Positions 1-6,090 are shown, counted from the stretch's first letter. The stretch is DNA of 17,658 bases from a virus (IMGVR_UViG_2671180727_000013:1-17658), one strand, 5' to 3'. The notes: a model not told the origin generated them from the letters alone. Numbers and translations: made by a program.

Positions 1-46
1 CTGCCCGTTGACGGACTTCAGGGGAAAAACGAGTATTTTTAGTCAT
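1..46 (-). CDS. IS3-family transposase OrfA, N-terminal 15 codons only (runs off window)
   Basis: ATG at 46..44 preceded by AAGAGG Shine-Dalgarno; translation MTKNTRFSPEVRQRA; frame open to window edge. Confidence 0.55.
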   Translation of the reverse strand, partial: MTKNTRFSPEVRQRA

Positions 47-100
47 CCTGTTTACCTCTTTCTCAGGAAGTTTAGTCTCCAGGATTCCCGGGGCGGTTCA
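1..100 (-). mobile_element. IS3-family insertion sequence, terminal ~100 bp (element continues beyond window start)
   Basis: Minus strand from position 100 reads TGAACCGCCCCGGGAATCCTGGAGACTAAACTTCCTGAGAAAGAGGTAAACAGG then ATG at 46..44. It starts with TG as IS3-family ends do. The ORF it opens (MTKNTRFSPEVRQRA...) matches my recollection of IS629/IS1203-like OrfA N-termini. Not verified by search. Confidence 0.6.
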
Positions 101-563
101 GTATGACCGTTTCTGCTTTGAACTCCGGTACACCAACGAACTCTTTAACCTTCATCTGGTAGCCGGTTCTGTCAGTTTTGATGACTTCCTGTTTGCCCTC
201 TATAAACTGCTCGCGCCACTCATCTCGACGGGAAGCTGGCATGATCAGCAAAACGTTAGTCATGTCCGTGACCTTCCTCCAGTACTCGGCCCAAATATTC
301 TGTTTCACCCATTCCAGATCGACTTTATCCAACCAACCTCGATTTAAACGCGAGCGATCTTCATCTGGTCGATGGTTTAGTCTCAGCAGGCGATTAATCA
401 TGTTGTGGCGTTCGTCGCCATAAACGAAGTCGTGAACCTGATACATGAAGGCGATCTCTTTCTCGCACTCGGCCACAATTTCGTGGATGACGTTCATTTC
501 CTGCCGATAGTCGATAGCAGTGTTTGAGTTGGCATCGTCGATGATGGAAAGGGCTGTATTCAT
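72..563 (-). CDS. hypothetical protein; last ~9 codons (LNRPGNPGD) are read from the IS terminus, so the native 3' end is probably disrupted or replaced
   Basis: 163-aa ORF; ATG at 563 with GGTG 6 nt upstream; IS boundary at 100/101 lies inside the reading frame. Confidence 0.5.
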   Translation of the reverse strand: MNTALSIIDDANSNTAIDYRQEMNVIHEIVAECEKEIAFMYQVHDFVYGDERHNMINRLLRLNHRPDEDRSRLNRGWLDKVDLEWVKQNIWAEYWRKVTDMTNVLLIMPASRRDEWREQFIEGKQEVIKTDRTGYQMKVKEFVGVPEFKAETVILNRPGNPGD

Positions 564-603
564 AATTGCACCATTAAGAAGTGATTTGTTTAATGGTGCA
601 ATT
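564..603. repeat. perfect 14-bp inverted repeat (AATTGCACCATTAA / TTAATGGTGCAATT) with 12-bp spacer, abutting the start codon at 563
   Basis: Read directly: 564..577 is the reverse complement of 590..603. On the minus-strand mRNA the 3' arm covers the GGTG ribosome-binding site. Confidence 0.7.
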
Positions 604-666
604 ATTTCAAAAATGAAAAGGTACTAAATAGAAATAAACAGGCAATCCTTCAAATAAAGGCATTGG

Positions 667-1281
667 CTAATCATACTTGGAGGTATTTATCACCAGAATT
701 TTGTTTGTATAAATCTTCTTAATATCCCATGTGACATTACCGGAATACCATTGACCGTTATATACTTGGTTTCCAGTTGCACCTGTCATTGTTACATAGA
801 CAGGTCTGTCGTAATCGGTTCGTCTATAGTTATATACTCCAACCATAGCAGGCATTACCGCACATGGATACCCCATATCTATTGTAAATTGAGGGTCAGA
901 AATAGTGATAAGTTTCGCATCAAGGGGCATCATCTCACCGTGATACACCATTGCGCCTGCGCTGTTATACATGGCAATGCCATAGCCAGAATGTGGTAAC
1001 ACCATATCAGAAAAAGCATAAACTGTTATTGTTCCGGGGCTACCATTTACCTGATGCAATCTGAGAGCATTGTATCCGTTACTATGCTCATGAATAAACA
1101 TCATGTTCGCCTTATTACTGCTTTTTATGAAAAAAAAACATGATTTGTTTGATGGGATTGATGTTTGAAAAACAGAACCTTTAGATGTAGACATTGTCCC
1201 TTTATTAATCAGATTTTGCGGAGTAAATTCTGGACTCATCCACAAACTTCCATCTGATTGAGTAATTGACATCCCGAACAT
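667..1281 (-). CDS. hypothetical protein, Tyr/Asn/Gly/Thr-rich, encoded in visibly AT-rich DNA
   Basis: ORF 667..1338 trimmed to the ATG at 1281 (MFGMSIT...), which sits 2 nt after the TAA of the upstream gene with TGGGGA as SD. Contains a T9 run (plus 1130..1138) encoding FFF. Confidence 0.5.
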   Translation of the reverse strand: MFGMSITQSDGSLWMSPEFTPQNLINKGTMSTSKGSVFQTSIPSNKSCFFFIKSSNKANMMFIHEHSNGYNALRLHQVNGSPGTITVYAFSDMVLPHSGYGIAMYNSAGAMVYHGEMMPLDAKLITISDPQFTIDMGYPCAVMPAMVGVYNYRRTDYDRPVYVTMTGATGNQVYNGQWYSGNVTWDIKKIYTNKILVINTSKYD

Positions 1282-1283
1282 AA

Positions 1284-1565
1284 TTATCCCCAGTATGTGT
1301 ATATGTAAGAACCAAGCCCCGTATATAAATTTGACCAACTAACCGTATTTCCATTAATAGTAACTGTTGGAACAGGTAAATTAATGTAGTTGTCGTTGTT
1401 AAGAGGCATCAATGACCACACGGCATGTAGCGATTTACCCGGTGGCGGATTGGAGTACGTCTTAGAGCCTGATGACGCAGTAAATCGATCAAGAAAAAAA
1501 ATAGGAGTAAGGAAGCCAGTAACGTTAATTCCTTTATTGTTGTAAATCCCTGTACCGTATGCCAT
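1284..1565 (-). CDS. hypothetical small protein (93 aa), Tyr/Asn/Gly/Thr-rich
   Basis: ATG at 1565 with AAGGA SD 6 nt upstream; TAA at 1284; contains a T8 run (plus 1494..1501). Confidence 0.5.
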   Translation of the reverse strand: MAYGTGIYNNKGINVTGFLTPIFFLDRFTASSGSKTYSNPPPGKSLHAVWSLMPLNNDNYINLPVPTVTINGNTVSWSNLYTGLGSYIYTYWG

Positions 1566-1592
1566 TTTTCATCCTTGTTTTTTATCAACACA

Positions 1593-1616
1593 ATATGGCC
1601 GATCATGCGGCCATAT
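1593..1616 (-). other. intergenic stem-loop (9-bp stem ATATGGCCG/CGGCCATAT, 6-nt loop) between the 189-aa and 93-aa genes
   Basis: Inverted repeat read directly; no clear U-tract after it on the minus strand, so a processing or attenuation role is as likely as termination. Confidence 0.3.
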
Positions 1617-1620
1617 CAGA

Positions 1621-2190
1621 TCAATTAGAGCTTTGAAAGGCTTTGTGTGGCTGTGTTGCGAGGTTATGTCGATGGCTTAACTCACGCATCATGTCTTCAA
1701 GCCGACTCTTTGTGTCGTCGAGTTGGTCGGCCATTGCTCCCAAAAGCTGACGAACGGCCATCGGATCATCGCTGTTTAGTGATGGCATTTTATAACCCGC
1801 CTGAGAAGACATAAGATTGAACGCAGACATCAACATCGTTAGAGAGGATTTAAGCCCAGCAATTTCACGATCTTTGCTGGCAATAATCGCCTCACTCTTG
1901 TTAGTGTCATCAGTTCGTTGAGTCTCGCTCACCATATCCAAAGTCGCCTGCAACTTATCAGCGCGCTCTTTTTCAGCAAGATAATGAACACCGAAATGAT
2001 GTGCTAAAGCTACAACCTGAGTTGGCTCTTCAAAGGTGGACTCAAAATTAAGTGCTGTAACCACTCTCTCAAATATGGAAACGTCTTCTATTCCTCGAAG
2101 AATGGCTAACATTTTGACCAGTTCATTAGCATCCATTTCTTCGAATAAGGCGTTTTGTTCATCAGCTATCGCTTTGCATTTCTTGCACAT
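1621..2190 (-). CDS. hypothetical protein (189 aa), begins MCKKCK
   Basis: ATG at 2190 preceded by the conserved leader AGGAAAAACAC and the upstream cassette; no family recognised. Confidence 0.55.
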   Translation of the reverse strand: MCKKCKAIADEQNALFEEMDANELVKMLAILRGIEDVSIFERVVTALNFESTFEEPTQVVALAHHFGVHYLAEKERADKLQATLDMVSETQRTDDTNKSEAIIASKDREIAGLKSSLTMLMSAFNLMSSQAGYKMPSLNSDDPMAVRQLLGAMADQLDDTKSRLEDMMRELSHRHNLATQPHKAFQSSN

Positions 2191-2204
2191 GTGTTTTTCC
2201 TAAT

Positions 2205-2227
2205 GCTTAAACAAGTTGTTTTCTTAT
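2205..2227 (-). promoter_or_regulatory. conserved upstream cassette, copy 1 (minus strand ATAAGAAAACAACTTGTTTAAGC), 14 nt upstream of the 2190 start
   Basis: One of three near-identical 23-nt elements with palindromic core AAACAAcTTGTTT, each followed by the leader AGGAAA(A/G)(A)CAC ATG. Confidence 0.5.
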
Positions 2228-2294
2228 TGGCTTTATTGTGATGTGGCATAAAAGGGGAGCAAGCTAAACGTAAAGGTGCAAACTCTCTATTTCG

Positions 2295-2327
2295 GTCAAC
2301 GAAACACAAGGGCCATTTGGCCCTTGT
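2295..2327 (-). terminator. putative intrinsic terminator after the 52-aa gene
   Basis: 9-bp stem ACAAGGGCC/GGCCCTTGT with 4-nt loop (2306..2327), followed on the minus strand by GTTTCGTTG. Confidence 0.45.
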
Positions 2328-2329
2328 CA

Positions 2330-2488
2330 TTAACACGTTGCTTTACGGACTAGCGGATAAGCGAAGTAGATCGCCAGACCAATGAGGACGCCATCAGAAA
2401 TGACAGACATCATCTTTCCCGTAAAATCCACCAACACCGCCATCACCAGAAGAGCAATGACGATCACAAGCCGGAATCTCTCAAGCAT
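2330..2488 (-). CDS. small hydrophobic protein (52 aa; MLERFRLVIVIALLVMAVLVDFTGKMMSVISDGVLIGLAIYFAYPLVRKATC), predicted membrane protein
   Basis: Not in the ORF track (below 60 aa). ATG overlaps the TerB-like stop as TAATG; two hydrophobic segments; terminator hairpin directly downstream. Confidence 0.45.
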   Translation of the reverse strand: MLERFRLVIVIALLVMAVLVDFTGKMMSVISDGVLIGLAIYFAYPLVRKATC

Positions 2489-2913
2489 TAGAGATAAGCA
2501 TCCAGTGACAACTGAAGCGCCTGGGCGATCTTTTTAAGTGCCTGCTCTTCTTGTTCACCAATGCCGTCCTGATCGGCAATATCAAGGCACAGACACAGTA
2601 CATCTACTGCATCATTAGTCCCGGCCACATCAGCCAGCTCACGTAAAGCCTGGGCATTAGCGCGGCGCGGTGAGGCTTCGTATTGAGCACGAATATTGGC
2701 GCTCATTTGGGCAATCTCACCAGCAAACGGAGAAAACGCAGGCAGAGCTGCAATTGTTTTCTCAAGAATGGAAATTTCCTTTGCGTCGCATGTGCCATCG
2801 GCATAGGAGATCATGTACGCGCCCCACACGGTGGCTTCAACCGCATCTCGGTTCTCCATTTTTTTGACCTCGATAACAGCTTTACGAGTTTTCTTTTTGA
2901 ATAAACCTAACAT
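2488..2913 (-). CDS. TerB-like protein (tellurite-resistance TerB fold)
   Basis: 141 aa; ADG...E and LCLCLDIADQDGIGEQEEQALKKIAQAL segments resemble the two TerB repeats; ATG preceded by the conserved leader AAAGGAAAGCAC. Confidence 0.5.
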   Translation of the reverse strand: MLGLFKKKTRKAVIEVKKMENRDAVEATVWGAYMISYADGTCDAKEISILEKTIAALPAFSPFAGEIAQMSANIRAQYEASPRRANAQALRELADVAGTNDAVDVLCLCLDIADQDGIGEQEEQALKKIAQALQLSLDAYL

Positions 2914-2933
2914 GTGCTTTCCTTTTGTTATTT

Positions 2934-2956
2934 GTTAAAACAAGTTGTTTTCTAGT
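2934..2956 (-). promoter_or_regulatory. conserved upstream cassette, copy 2 (minus strand ACTAGAAAACAACTTGTTTTAAC), 20 nt upstream of the 2913 start
   Basis: Same 23-nt element as at 2205..2227 and 13155..13177; perfect 7-nt palindrome arms AAAACAA/TTGTTTT. Confidence 0.5.
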
Positions 2957-2965
2957 TACATGAAT

Positions 2966-3008
2966 TGCTTACGAAAAGACGGTCAATGCATATGCACTAA
3001 CAACCGTC
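2966..3008 (-). terminator. putative terminator-like hairpin after the 62-aa membrane protein gene
   Basis: GACGGT / ACCGTC stem enclosing the palindrome TGCATATGCA, followed on the minus strand by TTTTCG; short stem and long loop, so weak. Confidence 0.35.
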
Positions 3009-3195
3009 AGAAATAACCAAGTACCGAACCAACTGGAAAAACAAAAATCCCAACAACACGAGCCAAGGTCATACCAGCCTGAAACTGGAGATCGCCAGAG
3101 CAAACAAGTTTTATAATGTTCGATACCCAACCGGCGGCCATGAGGGCAAGAATTGCCAGCCAAATTTTTCCAAAGTGATTTGAAAACCAGTTCAT
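3007..3195 (-). CDS. small membrane protein (62 aa, two hydrophobic segments)
   Basis: ATG overlaps the upstream TGA as ATGA (translational coupling); AAGGCGG SD; hydrophobic sequence WLAILALMAAGW ... VVGIFVFPVGSVLGYF. Confidence 0.5.
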   Translation of the reverse strand: MNWFSNHFGKIWLAILALMAAGWVSNIIKLVCSGDLQFQAGMTLARVVGIFVFPVGSVLGYF

Positions 3196-3410
3196 ACAAC
3201 CGCCTTAGTCACAGCATGATCCTGAGTAACTGGATGAACTTGAGGTATCGCATCCACCGTCATCCCATCCAGAGTGACAGGACGCTCTACTGGAGTGGTG
3301 GTAATTGTCGTCGACGGAGGTGTGGTGATGGATGAACCCGGCATCAAAAGGCTCTGGCCGGCTGGAACGGCTATCGTCGCCAGTGAAACTATAATGAGAA
3401 CGTAGGCCAT
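3192..3410 (-). CDS. small secreted Thr/Pro-rich protein with N-terminal signal peptide (72 aa from the ATG at 3410)
   Basis: MAYVLIIVSLATIAVPAGQS looks like a type I signal peptide with an AxA-like site; AGAGG SD upstream; no lipobox Cys. Confidence 0.45.
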   Translation of the reverse strand: MAYVLIIVSLATIAVPAGQSLLMPGSSITTPPSTTITTTPVERPVTLDGMTVDAIPQVHPVTQDHAVTKAVV

Positions 3411-3699
3411 TGGTTTCAGCCTCTTTCTTTGAAAATTTTCCATTCGAACTGTCCTTGTTGTTTTTCTCCTTCACTAAAGGCCGTGTACTTTTCGCTTCGC
3501 GTGAAGAACCAGAGGTAACAATCGCCCCCACGTTCGCAACAACTGACGCTTGCTTATCTAAACGTTCATTCAGCAACCGAACGGCAGTCTCTAGTTCATC
3601 AAGACGTGACAGAACACGACCGCTAAATAATTCGGCCAAAATTTGACGTAGTGAACGAGGACGTTTAGTTGCAGAAGTGAAATAGGTTTGACGTGCCAT
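3205..3699 (-). CDS. hypothetical protein; N-terminal ~90 aa credible, C-terminal low-complexity part overlaps 3192..3410 in another frame and may be spurious
   Basis: ATG at 3699 with GGAG SD 5 nt upstream; 3' end uncertain. Confidence 0.4.
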   Translation of the reverse strand: MARQTYFTSATKRPRSLRQILAELFSGRVLSRLDELETAVRLLNERLDKQASVVANVGAIVTSGSSREAKSTRPLVKEKNNKDSSNGKFSKKEAETNGLRSHYSFTGDDSRSSRPEPFDAGFIHHHTSVDDNYHHSSRASCHSGWDDGGCDTSSSSSYSGSCCD

Positions 3700-3714
3700 G
3701 TGGACTCCATCCAG

Positions 3715-3750
3715 TGTCAGAAAGAGTTGCGGCTGGCGATTGCCAGCCGC
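3715..3750 (-). terminator. putative terminator-like hairpin downstream of the RNase H gene
   Basis: 9-bp GC-rich stem GCGGCTGGC/GCCAGCCGC with 4-nt loop (3729..3750), followed on the minus strand by AACTCTTTCTG. Confidence 0.4.
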
Positions 3751-3844
3751 CTTTCTCGTTCCATCCTGGAACTGTGTCTTACCGACACATTGTCATCCTG
3801 ACGCCGATAAGATACATGATTTAAAATGATAGGTAAACACTTAC

Positions 3845-4438
3845 TTACTGTTTGTTGTAAACAAAACCAATATCTTTCTTGTGAGGCATATCTGCTGCGG
3901 AAAAAGCTGCGATCTTCGCGAGTCGATCACATATTTCATTTTCACGATGCCCGGCGTGACCTTTAACCCACTTCCAGCGAACATTATGTCGACTTGCAGC
4001 CTCATCCAGACGCTTCCACAGATCAACATTCTTTACCGGTTTTTTGTCAGAAGTCACCCATCCATTGCGTTTCCACCATTTCATCCACTGTGTCATGCCG
4101 TTTTTCAGATACTGGCTATCAGAGTGCAAAATAACGTTGCATGGATATTTCAAACGCTCCAGCCCGATAAGTGCCCCCATCATCTCCATGCGGTTATTGG
4201 TGGTGCTATGAAAACCATCTGAGAACTCGCGTTCCTCACCACGATACTGGAGAACTATACCGTAACCGCCCGGGCCACCCGGATTTTTAAGGCAAGAGCC
4301 ATCACTGAAGATTTTCACGGTTTTAAGCTGGGGATTGAACTCTACGACAGGCGTTGTGGAATTGGTGCGGGGAGAATTTTTGTTTTTGGCTTTTTTGCGA
4401 GTTTTTTCTTGCGATCGGGCTGGTGTCTTCGTCGTCAT
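3845..4438 (-). CDS. rnhA: ribonuclease HI-like protein with a ~40-aa basic N-terminal extension
   Basis: [57 protein letters not shown] match E. coli RNase HI motifs. Start set at the ATG at 4438 (MTTKTP) because AGGAG lies 5 nt upstream; the track's longer ORF start has no SD. Confidence 0.85.
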   Translation of the reverse strand: MTTKTPARSQEKTRKKAKNKNSPRTNSTTPVVEFNPQLKTVKIFSDGSCLKNPGGPGGYGIVLQYRGEEREFSDGFHSTTNNRMEMMGALIGLERLKYPCNVILHSDSQYLKNGMTQWMKWWKRNGWVTSDKKPVKNVDLWKRLDEAASRHNVRWKWVKGHAGHRENEICDRLAKIAAFSAADMPHKKDIGFVYNKQ

Positions 4439-4439
4439 A

Positions 4440-5021
4440 TAAACTCCTGAATCAAGCGCCGCGCCGATTTTTTCCTCGCGCGTGCGCACACGCGTGCGTG
4501 TTAATAATTATTAAAATAAACAAATTACTTCCCAGAACAGGTTTTTATAAACCTGAACTGAACGAACGAAGTGAGTGAAGTTCACCTCGAACGAAGTGAG
4601 AGGTTGTCTTTTCAGGTAATACTCTCCCAGGGAGGTGAGTATAAAAATCCCTCACCAACCTGGTCGTTTCATAACCTGAAAAGTTATGGCCTAAGTCTAC
4701 TGCCAGCTTAGACTTGGGAAGTTATGGATGACAGCACCCCAGAACCGAGATCTTCCCACACTTTATGAAGGGGAGTACTGGATTCAACCTCTCTAAACAC
4801 CCCAGACTCGACAATCATAAAGTGACCCTTGTCTCCGCTCACTTTGGTTCCCCCTTCCCCGACACCTAAACGGCACCGGTTCTACGCTGGTAGTGAGCTT
4901 TTTTAAACCTGACGCCAGTGACGCTTACCCCCACCCATCAGGTCGAGTCTCCAGTCTACGACTGGAAACTATCAGATCTTAGCACTTACAATTCACTTTA
5001 TGAATAGTTTGTACTTATCTA
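4440..5021 (-). other. ORF-poor, repeat-rich structured intergenic region (candidate ncRNA, regulatory hub or origin)
   Basis: No ORF of 60 aa or more on either strand; 12-nt direct repeat GAACGAAGTGAG at 4564..4575 and 4589..4600; several hairpins and long-range inverted repeats (details in findings). Confidence 0.4.
4477..4500. repeat. 24-nt perfectly alternating pyrimidine-purine GC-rich tract (Z-DNA-prone), with embedded palindromes
   Basis: CGCGCGTGCGCACACGCGTGCGTG read directly; includes CGCGTG-CGCA-CACGCG hairpin; followed by 14-bp AT palindrome TTAATAATTATTAA at 4501..4514. Confidence 0.6.
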
Positions 5022-5252
5022 TCATTGTGATTGATTATTTTCTCTACCATGTAGTTGAACATTCAAGGCAAACACCTCATTGATCAACTCACCTAAAAGC
5101 TGTTCAACAAGTTCGCGATGCTCGCCAAGATGCAAGCACTTAATTGCCCATTCGTACAAGTTGAAAGCCTGCTCACGATCTTTCATCATTTCACGAGCCT
5201 GGGCCAGAAAATCGCTCTCTACGAGCGCAACGACATTAGTCGGGTATGACAT
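5022..5252 (-). CDS. hypothetical small protein (76 aa from the ATG at 5252)
   Basis: Track ORF 5022..5276 trimmed to the internal ATG that has AAGGA 7 nt upstream; the first ATG lacks an SD. Confidence 0.45.
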   Translation of the reverse strand: MSYPTNVVALVESDFLAQAREMMKDREQAFNLYEWAIKCLHLGEHRELVEQLLGELINEVFALNVQLHGRENNQSQ

Positions 5253-5340
5253 GTTGGTTTCCTTAAAGTGGTTCATAAAATCGATTTTAAAGCGTCTGGG
5301 AAGGGGTTCTAGTGGATTCTGTAGTGATGTTCAGGTCTGG

Positions 5341-5416
5341 AGTCTCTGATACAAAACAGCCTGCTTCCGTATATTAATAATTAATATGTAGTTATTTATA
5401 TATACAGAAGCAGGCT
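5341..5416 (-). terminator. terminator-like long hairpin after the methyltransferase gene
   Basis: Arms 5358..5374 and 5400..5416 pair over 17 positions with one mismatch; 25-nt AT-rich loop containing ATTAATAATTAAT; minus-strand tail GTTTTGTAT. Confidence 0.35.
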
Positions 5417-5437
5417 AATTACAGACGCCAGAACAAA

Positions 5438-6031
5438 CTAAGCAGCCTTCTTTGATGGTCTTTTTTTCCTGATCACATTCGCAGGATCATACCCTCCCAG
5501 ACTTTTCATGACGTCCAAAGGGATCTTGCTTATAGAGTGCCCAGCGTCCTGACAAAATCCTCGAAAAACAACGAGCATACTGCCACCTGGGTTGATGTTT
5601 ACTTCTACCTGACCCAGATTGACGTCAGGCTCGACAAACGCTACGCGGCCACCAGACAGAATAATCGTCTCATTCGCACACTCTGTTGCACGCTCATACC
5701 ACTTTGTATCTAGGGATTGAGGAATTAGCATCACTGTTGTAACTCCGCGAGCCTGCTCACGTATAGCCGCATCAATCCAGGGGGAGATTTTGGAGTAGGG
5801 TGGATTGAGGAAGGCAATTGTACCTGGCTGTCCCCATTCAGATTTCAAAGCATCACGCTCAACGCCTATGAAATTAGGCAGCTTTGCATTGTCCTTGTTG
5901 CAGGCAACGTCAACATCAAATGTCACTCCAAGATAACGTTGAATGGCAGAAAACAGCCAGTCAGGTGTTCTCCAGAGGTCACGAAGAGAGTTGTCGCGCT
6001 TTCGCTGTTTGATTTTTTCGGCTGCAATCAT
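5438..6031 (-). CDS. phage Dam-family DNA N6-adenine methyltransferase
   Basis: N-terminal WRTPDWLF...FDVDVAC and catalytic NPPYS (motif IV) in the order typical of the phage Dam family (PF05869-like); 197 aa; no adjacent restriction-endonuclease gene seen. Confidence 0.75.
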   Translation of the reverse strand: MIAAEKIKQRKRDNSLRDLWRTPDWLFSAIQRYLGVTFDVDVACNKDNAKLPNFIGVERDALKSEWGQPGTIAFLNPPYSKISPWIDAAIREQARGVTTVMLIPQSLDTKWYERATECANETIILSGGRVAFVEPDVNLGQVEVNINPGGSMLVVFRGFCQDAGHSISKIPLDVMKSLGGYDPANVIRKKRPSKKAA

Positions 6032-6090
6032 CTTCTTTCTCGATAGGTAAGTAAATACCTATTTTTGCATTTGATTTTATGTCTGGCAAT

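Noticed and set aside
4560-5020. tRNA genes in the structured intergenic region
   Set aside because: Looked for T-loop-like GTTCRANYC flanked by 5-bp stems and matching 7-bp acceptor arms on both strands; GGTTGAATCC and GTTCGAGG occur but neither sits in a foldable cloverleaf. Needs tRNAscan-SE to exclude formally.
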